Positions 36,239-47,089 of a DNA stretch of 64,000 bases are shown here, piece by piece. The DNA is from Phaeosaccion multiseriatum. Lineage: Eukaryota; Protista; Ochrophyta, other classes. Below the pieces are notes generated by a model, which ran no database searches, had not been told where the DNA came from, and was given only the letters and a program-made list of their open reading frames with translations. Where the stretch lies: positions 124,001 to 188,000 of the forward strand of contig OZ218956.1 in the NCBI GenBank assembly GCA_965112735.1. The letters are read 5' to 3'. Position numbers and translations under genes: made by a program. Positions within the stretch are counted from its first letter, which is position 1, and each line of letters opens with the position of its first letter.

Positions 36239-36487
36239 CTTTCTCCCTTCTTCTACAGGGGGACTTCCTGAGGACCAGTGCCACAGCGATTGCCCAGAGT
36301 GCCACAACGCTCACTAGAGAGAAAGGTGTGTTATTTTTTTTCCTCTGGTGGTGGATAAAAGTAAAACATGAAACTGGCGAAACGGACCGAGTCCTCGTTG
36401 CCACCGCCTCTCTTTGAGCAGAGCAGCAGAGAGGCTTGGAGTGAAGTTGAAGGCCCGACCTGGGGACTGACGACTCGCCTGCTCGCA

Positions 36488-39040
36488 ATGGGCCGGACAT
36501 ACGGGGCGACGGAGGAGAACCAGAGGAATGGGCTGCTTCACCACAATTATAAGGACCTCGACTCCCCACGTAACAGCACCAGCAGACGACCGTCCAAGAG
36601 GGCGCTTGGGCGGACGGCAGCGGCGCTGGTGCTGAGTGTGGGCGTGGTGGTGGGTGTGACCGTGGCGAGGAGTGCCGGTGCTGCGGGAGGGGGCTTGTCG
36701 GCAGCAGCAGCGGGGGGGAGGTCAGAGGGTGCCTCCTCTGGAAGCCCGCTGCTCGCGAGCCTGAGCTTAAAGAGCCAGGCGAGGCAGCAGCAGAAGGGCC
36801 ATACCAGGCAGGAAAAGATTCAGAAGACGAAGGGGGGGGGCGGTGTTGCAAACGCACCGCAGCAGGCGCAGCAGGATGAGCAGGTGGCAGGCAAAGTAAC
36901 AGAGTGGCCGATTATAAGCATCGTGGTGAACAACGCCTACACGCTCCGTGACGGGCCGTTCGACGCTAGTCTGTACAGCTGGCTGGCGGTGGACGCAGAC
37001 AGCGGCACCCCGCGGCAGCTTGTGGAGCCCCACCGGGACTCTACCTTCAGTGTCATGTGGAGCGCGCAGGGCGGGGAGGAGGAGGAGGAGGAGCAGGCAG
37101 CGGCAGATGTGCCAGAGGGACTCGTGTACGAATGGGTCATCACCAGTCCCTCCGGAGTGGCTACGACAAGCTCCGACTCGGACCCTCAGTACGTCTTTAT
37201 GGAGCTGGAGACGCACACCGCCACAGTGGTGGTGTCGCAACCGGAGCAGGAGGGGCAGGGACAGGTGGTGGTGGGCAGGGCGTCCATTCAGCTCGAGGCC
37301 AAGTACGTCCGCAGAGAAATTCGCTCGTTGATGGACTCGGACAGAGAGGCCCTCCTTGATGGCATGAGCACCCTCTGGAGGGTCTCGCTGGAAGAGGGCG
37401 TGGAGCGCTACGGAGAGCGCTACGCGTCCATCACACAGCTGGTGCAGCTGCACTTCCGAGGCGCCGCCGCCAAGGTGTGCGATCACTTCCACGAGGGCTT
37501 GGGCTTCCTCACCTCGCATATTCTCATGACCAACCGCTTCGAGGCGGCTCTACAGGCTGTGGATCCTGCCCTGTCGCTGCCGTACTGGGACATGACCATT
37601 GAATCCCACATCATCGATACGGAGATGGACCGGGACTACGACGAGCTCAAGCGGATCAGCCCCATCTTCCAGTCCTCCTGGTTCGGGAGTGTAGATGCGC
37701 AGACTTATGAGGTTACCGATGGGCGTTGGGCTTACACGTTGATGGAGACGGCGACAGAGCGGGACCGGAGCTTCGCGCCCCCGAGCCCCTACGGCCTGCT
37801 GCGCTCGGGCTGGTCCACCGACCCTCGCAAGTACCTCAACCGGGGCTTCGGCGACAACTGTGAATCCGGCATGAGCACCATCGACCTGGGTCTCGGTTTC
37901 CCCTCCTGCGCGTCGCACTACGAACTCAACGAGTATTCCTCCTTCTACGATTACGCCTACGCCGTGCAAGGATTACCTCACGGCCCGGTGCACTACTACC
38001 TGGGTGGCGTGCTGGACTGCTACGAGACCTTCCAGGTGCTGAGTGCCACCTTCGGGGCGGACTCCACCGTTACGACCCTGCTCCTGACCAAGCTGCACGT
38101 CTACCGCAAGACGGCCTACCGCCGGGACATGTGGGACTGCTTCAATACAGGGGATGTGTCGCTTGACGTCTCCACCGAGGAACTCATGCACACACAGACA
38201 TGCGGCTGCGGCGACCTCAACCTCGAAGACACCGACAGTGTGTCTGACTTCCTGTCTGAACTTCTGGACGACGAGTTCCTGTACCTCAGCGACTGTTCGG
38301 ACTCCGAGTTGGCAGTCGTGGCGTCCTTGCTGTGCACGGGCACGATGAACGAGGGCGACAATCTCCTATCCAGCTCGCCCATTGACCCCATCTTCTGGAT
38401 CATCCACCCCACCATCGAGCGGGTGGCTCAGCTCAAGATGCTCAGTAAGTCAACGGACTTCCTCAACGACTGGCCGTCCGAGTCGGACGACGACCATTGG
38501 CTCAGCGAAGAGGGCACCACACACGAGTGCACCGGCCACTATCCCACGGACGTGTGGCCCTTCGGCCTCGTGGACAGCACCATCGACATGAACATGGATA
38601 TGTACATGGACGGCCATTGGGCGGAGAACACGCACACCAACCTCGAGGTTTTGGGCATGCTGGACCCAAGTACCAACAGCTTCAGCTTTGTGTACGACAA
38701 CTTTGTGTGGGAGCACTGCGCCGAGGAGGGCATCTTCATGAGGGACGTGCTTAACGCCGGCAGCGATGACGACGCCAACACGCAGCAGCAGCAGCAGAAG
38801 CAGAAGGACAGCAGCAAGGGTAAGAAGAGCAGCAAGGGCAGCAAGGGCAACACGGCCAAGCAGGCCAAGAGGGCTGCCCGGGACCCGCTGGGCAAGTTTG
38901 ACTACCCCGGGCGCATCGCCATCAAGGAGCGCCTCCTCGGGCTGCACAAGAGCAAGAGCAAGAGCAAGAGCAAGAGCAAGAGCAAGAGCGAGGAGGGCAA
39001 CAACAGGCAGAGGAAGGGCGAGAGCAAGGGCACGCCATGA
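36488..39040 (+). CDS. Tyrosinase B1: intronless, membrane-anchored, Lys/Ser-rich tail
   Basis: KYVRREIR; CuA QLHFRG..CDHFHEGLGFLTSH..FEAALQAVDP..LPYWD; CuB PHGPVHYYLGG ... SSPIDPIFWIIHPTIER. ATG 36488 preferred because MGRTYGAT parallels MAPTYGAT of tyrosinase A. Confidence 0.93.
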   Translation: MGRTYGATEENQRNGLLHHNYKDLDSPRNSTSRRPSKRALGRTAAALVLSVGVVVGVTVARSAGAAGGGLSAAAAGGRSEGASSGSPLLASLSLKSQARQQQKGHTRQEKIQKTKGGGGVANAPQQAQQDEQVAGKVTEWPIISIVVNNAYTLRDGPFDASLYSWLAVDADSGTPRQLVEPHRDSTFSVMWSAQGGEEEEEEQAAADVPEGLVYEWVITSPSGVATTSSDSDPQYVFMELETHTATVVVSQPEQEGQGQVVVGRASIQLEAKYVRREIRSLMDSDREALLDGMSTLWRVSLEEGVERYGERYASITQLVQLHFRGAAAKVCDHFHEGLGFLTSHILMTNRFEAALQAVDPALSLPYWDMTIESHIIDTEMDRDYDELKRISPIFQSSWFGSVDAQTYEVTDGRWAYTLMETATERDRSFAPPSPYGLLRSGWSTDPRKYLNRGFGDNCESGMSTIDLGLGFPSCASHYELNEYSSFYDYAYAVQGLPHGPVHYYLGGVLDCYETFQVLSATFGADSTVTTLLLTKLHVYRKTAYRRDMWDCFNTGDVSLDVSTEELMHTQTCGCGDLNLEDTDSVSDFLSELLDDEFLYLSDCSDSELAVVASLLCTGTMNEGDNLLSSSPIDPIFWIIHPTIERVAQLKMLSKSTDFLNDWPSESDDDHWLSEEGTTHECTGHYPTDVWPFGLVDSTIDMNMDMYMDGHWAENTHTNLEVLGMLDPSTNSFSFVYDNFVWEHCAEEGIFMRDVLNAGSDDDANTQQQQQKQKDSSKGKKSSKGSKGNTAKQAKRAARDPLGKFDYPGRIAIKERLLGLHKSKSKSKSKSKSKSEEGNNRQRKGESKGTP

Positions 39041-39645
39041 GGGCATCGCGTGTGATTTACTACCAAGTCATTGAGGTGATTGTTACGTTACGGAGGGGAG
39101 AGTGCGGCCACGCTTGTTGATAAGTCCTGGCCGAACTTGCCCCCAGCCAGTTGTGATACTTAGAAGAATGTAAAATGGATGTAGCTATAGGCAGTGGTTA
39201 AGTTGGAAGTTGGGGTTCATTCAATGACTAAAATACAACAAGAAATCAATCGCGTGGCTCTTCCCGTCCGACCAGCAGGCTGCTTCTCTTGATGAATGAA
39301 TGCACCGTATCGTAGCCCTTGTTTCAAAGTGGGTCGTAGGAAATCTGATGGCGGGTACCCCGCCCATGTCATTGCATCGAATCAAAGGGAAGCGTAAAAG
39401 AAGGCGCCACTCGTGCCCTTCACACGCACCCCGCCCCGCACCCCTCTCTCTCTCCGCGTGTTGGAAGGCAGTGGATGGCTCAGGGGCGCAAGTGGCACCA
39501 CACTGGGGGCCAACGCAAAGGGTTCGCAGCGCCTCCCTTCCCCCGTCTCTGTCTCGCGCCGATCACTGCGAAGGATGAAAACAGGTGCCCTCCCCGCCCC
39601 GGTGGGCATACCTGTCCTTCTCTCCTGGTCAGGAAGGACACAGCA

Positions 39646-40192
39646 TCAGCCCAAGCCGTGAGCTGCCATCGCTGGCCGTCGTTGCCTCTGCCGCCGTTAA
39701 TCCTCTCTCCTCCTCCTCTTATTGCGGTCGCCATTCCTCCCCCCCCCCCCCAACGCCTGCACGCATGCCTCTCTGCTGAAGGCATCCTCCAGTGCCCCCT
39801 TGCCGACCTTGCCCTTGGCAGCAGCACCACCAACTGCCACTGGTACCACCCCCTCCCCTGGCCAGCCCCCTGCGCCCCCGTCTCTCCGACTCATGTCCAT
39901 GACACCTCTGGAGCGGTCGGTAGCGGCGCAGGCGTGTGCTTCCTGAGTTCCTGCGTATCCCTCTCGTGTTGTGCCTGCATGCGGAGGAGGGCTGCCTGCG
40001 GGTCCTTGCTGAACTCCCTGAGGAAAAGCACCCTGCGGCTTTGGGACTTCGCCATGACACTCACCTCGCAGTGGGGCGTCCTCACCCACTGCCACTCAAA
40101 GGGCGTGCCCAGCCCCTCCCCCGGCCCTCCTACCCTGGCAGACAGCGACACAGTGATCCAATCGAAATGCCTCGTAAAGTGCTGCTCCTCCC
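39646..40192 (-). pseudogene. Promoterless, internally deleted 3' fragment of SWP73/BAF60
   Basis: 39646-40055 matches 47090-47497 and 40055-40192 matches 49102-49239; a small indel shifts the frame of the tail. Confidence 0.88.
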
Positions 40193-40330
40193 AAGGGATT
40201 GAGGAGGCCGAAGCGTGCCCTCTGTCCAAAATCGGGCCGGAGATGCGCTAGCACATCAGCACATCAAGATTTACACCCCCTTCGGCCTTTAACAGCCCGG
40301 ACTCTAGTGACCTCCCACGCTGTGAATGAA

Positions 40331-42337
40331 TCAGTCAGTGAAGAAGTCGTAGCCGGAGCAGTGGTCCCACTCGAAAGCGTCGTACATGTACGGCAGGTCG
40401 TCGCTGGAAGGATGTATCCAGGCCAGCAGCTCGGCGTTGGTGAAGCTGCTCGGCTCCTCGGCCCCGATGCGCATCAAGGAGAAGGGCAGGTTGTCGTCCT
40501 CGTTGTGCCCGAAGCATACCTCCTCGACGCAGTCGGGAAGGTCCGTGGGCCCCGTGGCGTCGCTCCAGTCGCACACGCACAGCATCTCTCCTGCCGTCTC
40601 GCCGGTGGTGTACCCCCACGTCCAGTCCATGGGGAGGTTGACACCCTCGCCCTCCCCCCTCTCACTCACTAGCCTCCTCCAGTCGAGGAAGCGCTCCATG
40701 GAGGGGTGGATGACCCAAAAGATGGGGTCTGCGGGAGCGGCACTCGTGAACATGTCCCCCACGCTGCCAACGTCACAGAAGCCCGCCAGCAGCTCCGAAT
40801 ACAGCGCCTCCTGCTCCTCCTCAGCGAAGCCGCTGAAGATGTACGTGCCGTCTTCGGTCTGCTCCACGTAATCTCCGAAGCCCTGGGCCACCCACTCGAA
40901 GATGCTTGTGTCCACGAGCACGTCGTACGCGGTGAGTCCGTTGGCCTGAGCAAGTAGAAGCACATGGGCATGGAGCGTGAGTCGAGGGCGTGATCTTCAC
41001 AAGAGCAGCAGCGAGGCGGGTAGAGGGGAGGGGAGTAGAGCTTAGCAACGTCAGGCAAGCCAGCAGGCCAGGCAAGCCAGGCTCAGAGACAGGCCAAGAC
41101 AGGCGTGCCCCAACAGGCTCCAAGGTATTCCCCTCCTCCTCCCTCCCTCCCTCCTCGCCCCTACCTTATAAATTTCCTCTGGACAGGAGGTCATACACAA
41201 GTCCTTATCTTGGAAGCCCGAGCAGTCCTCAGGGAAGCGCAGGAAGCCCTGCCTCCACAGCACCTTGGCCATGAGCGGCAGGAAGCCTCTGAAGCCCCAC
41301 GTCACCTCACTCTGCTCGAGTAGACCGTGCGTCTTCTGCCCCCAGGCGCCCCCGATCTGGATATGCACGGGCCCGTGCGTCCCCCCGTTAAGTGCCACGT
41401 TAAGGTCAGCGAGACTGTCTTCCATAAAGGCGGCGTGGAGGGTGGAGCAGGAGGGGGTGGTGAAGGCGTCGACGGTGCTGACTCGGTTGTGGCGGGTCAC
41501 ATACGGGGTTGGGTCGAGGTTCCAGGGGGAGCGCTGCAAGCCGTACGGGTTGTGCACAGAGTCCTTTGCCGTGTCCTGATCGTCGGATTGTGAGAGTGAG
41601 AGGCGATTTGGACAGTCAGTCAGCCAATCAGTCAGTCAGTCAGTCAGTCAGTCAGTCAGTCAGTCAGTCAGTCAGTCAGTCAGTCAGTCAGTCAGTGAGT
41701 CAGTCAGTCAGTCAGTGAGTCAGTCAGTCAGGCAGTCAGTCAGTCAGTCAGTCAGTCAGTCAGTCAGTCAGTCAGTCAGTCAGTCAGTCAGTCAGTCAGT
41801 CAGTCAGTCAGTCAGTCAGTCAGTCAGTCAGTCAGTCAGTCAGTCAGTGAGTCAGTCAGTCAGTGAGTGAGTCAGTGAGTCAGGCAGTCAGTCAGTCAGT
41901 CAGTCAGTCAATGAGCTGCTCGTTGTCCATTATCCGAGGAGGGAGTGTGTGATGGACGCGGCCAGGGCCTCCGAGCAGCCTCGGCCCACTCTCCCCACTC
42001 TCCAGCTCTCCAAGGGTCAGTAAAGCGAGGGAGACACGACGCACGACACACTTGACCCCGGCTCGGAACCGACCAACACCCAACGCTACCCTTGGCCTCC
42101 CTCACCTTCTGCACGGGTGTGTAGGCCCACCGGCCGCTGGTGACGGTGTGCAGCCCATTGCCAGGGGCCATGCAGCCGAACCAGTCCTCCCCGAATATAG
42201 GGGACTCGGCCAGCTCGTCCGTGAGGCCGCCCAGCGCCTCCGAGTCCATTGTGTACTCCCAATAGGGCACAGACACAGAGGGGTCCACCACCTGCAGGGC
42301 TTGCTCGAACTGAGGGGAGAGGAGGAAAGGAAGGGGG

Positions 42338-42376
<39 letters not shown>

Positions 42377-43656
42377 GTGTTGGAAGGAGATGGGCGCGTG
42401 CACTTGAGGATGACACAAAGTAACGTTGGATGCACTTGAGGCAAAAGTAACACACATCACTTGCGATGCTCCCTGTAAGGCTCGCCACTCACCTCGAGCG
42501 TGAAGCCGATGTGGTGCGTGGCGATGCCTGCATTGTCGTGCCAGTGGTCGCAGTCCAAGGTGCCGGCGCCCTTCAGGTGCATGTCCATGAAATAGTCGTT
42601 GCCCTTGTACTCCTCGCCGTACAGCAGCTTCCCCGCCGAGGTGGGCAGGCGGTACATGACCTCAATGGCGTCCAGAAAGCTCCCCCTGTCCTCCGCCGTG
42701 AGGTCGCGGATCTCTCTGCGAACGTACTTGACCATGACGCTCCTGAGGCTTGCCTGCTCCTGCCGCTGCCCCGACGCGTCCAGGTAGCTTCTCCTCAACG
42801 CAACGTCGAAGCGGCCCACGGAGGTGTATGTGTACGATGCCGAGCGGCCGTGGGCGGTGCTGCCATCGTGGAAGGTCCAGAGAAAGTGCTCTTCGCTGCT
42901 GCTGCTGCTGCTGGCGAGCGCCTCGTCTCTTTCCCCGTCCTCTTTGGTCTGCTGGCCTGTGCAGGTGCAGCTGTTGCAGGTGGCGGTGAAGGTGGTGGCC
43001 TTGTACGGCTCCGCGAGGTAACCGCCCCACTCGGACGCGTACTTGCGTGGCCAGGTGATGGGCGTAACAGCGGTGTAGGCGTTCTCCGTGGTGAAGTCGA
43101 GCACAGGGGCGTTGTCAGAGGTGGCCGCGTCTGTCTTGGCAACGAGGCCGTCTGTCTCATGCTTCCCAGGCAGGTCGGCAAAGGGGTGGGTTGCGTGCTG
43201 TCGTGCAGTGGGCTTGTACTGCTGATGCGGGCGCTGCTGCTTGTACTTCTTGCGGCCAGTGCCAGCAGCGGTGGTCGAATGAGAGGAAGTGTGCTTCTTT
43301 TCCCACGCCGCCGCCGCCGCAGCAGCTGCAGTGATCTCGCTCAGAGGATCCCCCTCCGTCGCTTCTCCCGCTGCGGCCAGATCGGCGGACGGCACCGTCA
43401 CCGGGTCGGCGAGCACATCCTGCTGACCCCCACCGTTGTTGATCACCAGGACCACAGCACTCACGCACAACAGCACAAGACTTGCCGCGGCTGCTCGCGC
43501 CCGATTTCGCTTCTTACCCCGCTGCCGTCCACCCTCAGCGGCCCCTTCTCCTGCTCTCCCACTGCTCTCTCTGTTGCTCGTCGTTGCAGGCACGCCTGGT
43601 GGCCGGGTCTGTCTGCCGGGCCAGACAGGCAAAGTTGCCCCGTACGTCGGCGCCAT
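40331..43656 (-). CDS. Tyrosinase A2 (duplicate of A1)
   Basis: Same four-exon structure; catalytic exons translate identically to A1. Confidence 0.92.
41615..41910. repeat. (GTCA)n microsatellite in tyrosinase A2 intron 2
   Basis: Same variant pattern as the A1 array, 12 bp longer. Confidence 0.97.
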
Positions 43657-43905
43657 CTTTCTCCCTCCTCCTACAGGGGGACTTCCTGAGGACCAGTGCC
43701 ACAGCGATTGCCCAGAGTGCCACAACGCTCACTAGAGAGAAAGGTGTGTTATTTTTTTTCCTCTGGTGGTGGATAAAAGTAAAACATGAAACTGGCGAAA
43801 CGGACCGAGTCCTCGTTGCCACCGCCTCTCTTTGAGCAGAGCAGCAGAGAGGCTTGGAGTGAAGTTGAAGGCCCGACCTGGGGACTGACGACTCGCCTGC
43901 TCGCA

Positions 43906-46461
43906 ATGGGCCGGACATACGGGGCGACGGAGGAGAACCAGAGGAATGGGCTGCTTCACCACAATTATAAGGACCTCGACTCCCCACGTAACAGCACCAG
44001 CAGACGACCGTCCAAGAGGGCGCTTGGGCGGACGGCAGCGGCGCTGGTGCTGAGTGTGGGCGTGGTGGTGGGTGTGACCGTGGCGAGGAGTGCCGGTGCT
44101 GCGGGAGGGGGCTTGTCGGCAGCAGCAGCGGGGGGGAGGTCAGAGGGTGCCTCCTCTGGAAGCCCGCTGCTCGCGAGCCTGAGCTTAAAGAGCCAGGCGA
44201 GGCAGCAGCAGAAGGGCCATACCAGGCAGGAAAAGATTCAGAAGACGAAGGGGGGGGGCGGTGTTGCAAACGCACCGCAGCAGGCGCAGCAGGATGAGCA
44301 GGTGGCAGGCAAAGTAACAGAGTGGCCGATTATAAGCATCGTGGTGAACAACGCCTACACGCTCCGTGACGGGCCGTTCGACGCTAGTCTGTACAGCTGG
44401 CTGGCGGTGGACGCAGACAGCGGCACCCCGCGGCAGCTTGTGGAGCCCCACCGGGACTCTACCTTCAGTGTCATGTGGAGCGCGCAGGGCGGGGAGGAGG
44501 AGGAGGAGGAGGAGGCAGCGGCAGATGTGCCAGAGGGACTCGTGTACGAATGGGTCATCACCAGTCCCTCCGGAGTGGCTACGACAAGCTCCGACTCGGA
44601 CCCTCAGTACGTCTTTATGGAGCTGGAGACGCACACCGCCACAGTGGTGGTGTCGCAGCCGGAGCAGGAGGGGCAGGGACAGGTGGTGGTGGGCAGGGCG
44701 TCCATTCAGCTCGAGGCCAAGTACGTCCGTAGAGAAATTCGCTCGTTGATGGACTCGGACAGAGAGGCCCTCCTTGATGGCATGAGCACCCTCTGGAGGG
44801 TCTCGCTGGAAGAGGGCGTGGAGCGCTTCGGAGAGCGCTACGCGTCCATCACACAGCTACTGCAGCTGCACTTCCGAGGCGCCGCCGCCAAGGTGTGCGA
44901 TCACTTCCACGAGGGCTTGGGCTTCCTCACCTCGCATATTCTCATGACCAACCGCTTCGAGGCGGCTCTACAGGCCGTGGATCCTGCCCTGTCGCTGCCG
45001 TACTGGGACATGACCATTGAATCCCACATCATCGACACGGAGATGGACGGGGACTACGACGAGCTCAAGCGGATCAGCCCCATCTTCCAGTCCTCCTGGT
45101 TCGGGAGTGTAGATGCGCAGACTTATGAGGTTACCGATGGGCGTTGGGCTTTCACGTTGATGGAGACGGCGACAGAGCGGGACCGGAGCTTCGCGCCCCC
45201 GAGCCCCTACGGCCTGCTGCGCTCGGGCTGGTCCACCGACCCTCGCAAGTACCTCAACCGGGGCTTCGGCGACAACTGTGAATCCGGCATGAGCACCATC
45301 GACCTGGGCTTCACCTCCCCCTCCTGCTCGTCGCACTACGAACTCAACGAGTATTCCTCCTTCTACGATTACGCCTACGCCGTGCAAGCACACCCTCACG
45401 GCTCGATGCACTACTACCTGGGGGGCGTGCTGGACTGCTACGAGACCTTCCAGGTGCTGAGTGCCACCTTCGGGGCGGACTCCGCCGTTACGACCCTGCT
45501 CCTGACCAAGCTGCACGACTACCGCAAGATGGCCTACCGCCGAGGCATGTGGGACTGCTTCAATACGGAGGATGTGTCGCTTGACGTCTCCACCGAGGAA
45601 CTCATGCACACACAGACATGCGGCTGCGGCGACCTCAACCTCGAAGACACCGACAGTGTGTCTGACTTCCTGTCTGAACTTCTGGACGACGAGGTCCTGT
45701 ACCTGAGCAACTGTTCGGACTCCGAGTTGGCAGTCGTGGCGTCCTTGCTGTGCACGGGCACGATGAACGAGGGCGACAATCTCCTATCCAGCTCGCCCAT
45801 TGACCCCATCTTCTGGATCATCCACCCCACCATCGAGCGGGTGGCTCAGCTCAAGATGCTCAGTAAGTCAACGGACTTCATCAACGGCTGGCCGTCCGAG
45901 TCGGACGACGACCACTTCCTCAGCGAAGAGGGCACCACACACGAGTGCACCGGCCACTATCCCACGGACGTGTGGCCCTTCGGCCTCGTGGACAGCACCA
46001 TCGACATGAACATGGATATGTACATGGACGGCCATTGGGCGGAGAACACGCACACCAACCTCGAGGTTTTGGGCATGCTGGACCCAAGTACCAACAGCTT
46101 CAACTTTGTGTACGACAACTTTGTGTGGGAGCACTGCGCCGAGGAGGGCATCTTCATGAGGGACGTGCTTAACGCCGGCAGCGATGACGACGCCAACACG
46201 CAGCAGCAGCAGCAGCAGCAGCAGAAGCAGAAGGACAGCAGCAAGGGTAAGAAGAGCAGCAAGGGCAGCAAGGGCAACACGGCCAAGCAGGCCAAGAGGG
46301 CTGCCCGGGACCCGCTGGGCAAGTTTGACTACCCCGGGCGCATCGCCATCAAGGAGCGCCTCCTCGGGCTGCACAAGAGCAAGAGCAAGAGCAAGAGCAA
46401 GAGCAAGAGCGAGGAGGGCAACAACAGGCAGAGGAAGGGCGAGAGCAAGGGCACGCCATGA
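43906..46461 (+). CDS. Tyrosinase B2 (duplicate of B1 with altered CuB region)
   Basis: All six copper histidines retained; CuB reads AHPHGSMHYYLGG. Confidence 0.93.
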   Translation: MGRTYGATEENQRNGLLHHNYKDLDSPRNSTSRRPSKRALGRTAAALVLSVGVVVGVTVARSAGAAGGGLSAAAAGGRSEGASSGSPLLASLSLKSQARQQQKGHTRQEKIQKTKGGGGVANAPQQAQQDEQVAGKVTEWPIISIVVNNAYTLRDGPFDASLYSWLAVDADSGTPRQLVEPHRDSTFSVMWSAQGGEEEEEEEAAADVPEGLVYEWVITSPSGVATTSSDSDPQYVFMELETHTATVVVSQPEQEGQGQVVVGRASIQLEAKYVRREIRSLMDSDREALLDGMSTLWRVSLEEGVERFGERYASITQLLQLHFRGAAAKVCDHFHEGLGFLTSHILMTNRFEAALQAVDPALSLPYWDMTIESHIIDTEMDGDYDELKRISPIFQSSWFGSVDAQTYEVTDGRWAFTLMETATERDRSFAPPSPYGLLRSGWSTDPRKYLNRGFGDNCESGMSTIDLGFTSPSCSSHYELNEYSSFYDYAYAVQAHPHGSMHYYLGGVLDCYETFQVLSATFGADSAVTTLLLTKLHDYRKMAYRRGMWDCFNTEDVSLDVSTEELMHTQTCGCGDLNLEDTDSVSDFLSELLDDEVLYLSNCSDSELAVVASLLCTGTMNEGDNLLSSSPIDPIFWIIHPTIERVAQLKMLSKSTDFINGWPSESDDDHFLSEEGTTHECTGHYPTDVWPFGLVDSTIDMNMDMYMDGHWAENTHTNLEVLGMLDPSTNSFNFVYDNFVWEHCAEEGIFMRDVLNAGSDDDANTQQQQQQQQKQKDSSKGKKSSKGSKGNTAKQAKRAARDPLGKFDYPGRIAIKERLLGLHKSKSKSKSKSKSEEGNNRQRKGESKGTP

Positions 46462-47089
46462 GGGCATCGCGTGTGATTTACTACCAAGTCATTGAGGTGC
46501 TTGTTACGTTACGGAGGGGAGAGTGCGGCCACGCTTGTTGATAAGTCATGGCCGAACTTGCCCCCAGCCAGTTGTGATACTTAGAAGAATGTAAAATGGA
46601 TGTAGCTATAGGCAGTGGTTCAGTTGGAAGTTGGGGGTTCATTCAATGACTAAAATACAACAAGAAATCAATCGCGCGGCTCTTCCCGTCCGACCGCAGG
46701 CTGCTTCTCTTGATGAATGAATGCACCGTATCGTAGCCCTTGTTTCAAAGTGGGCCATACGAAATCTGATGGCGTGATGGAGAGCTGGCGGTACCCCGCC
46801 CATGCCATTGCATCGAATCAAAGGGAAGCGTAAAAGAAGGCGCCTCTCGTGCCCTTCACACGCACCCCGCCCCGCCCCGCCCCCCTCTCTCTCTCCGCGT
46901 GTTGGAAGGCAGTGGATGGCTCAGGGGCGCAAGTGGCACCACACTGGGGGCCACCAACGCAAAGGGTTCGCAGCGCCTCCCTTCCCCCGTCTCTGTCTCG
47001 CGCCGATGACTGCGAAGGATGAAAGCAGGTGCCCTCCCCGCCCCGGTGGGCATACCTGTCCTTCTCTCCTGGTCAGGAAGGACACAGCA

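Larger units (their letters stand above)
32829..40191. repeat. Tandem segmental duplication, copy 1 (7363 bp, internally deleted)
   Basis: Near-identical to sequence starting at 40192 (initial offset 7363); lacks the equivalent of 47498-49102. Confidence 0.95.

Noticed and set aside
36368-36487. Upstream in-frame ATG for tyrosinase B (and GTG 36307 for A)
   Set aside because: Would leave almost no room for a bidirectional promoter; the parallel MxxTYGAT starts are more plausible, though unproven.
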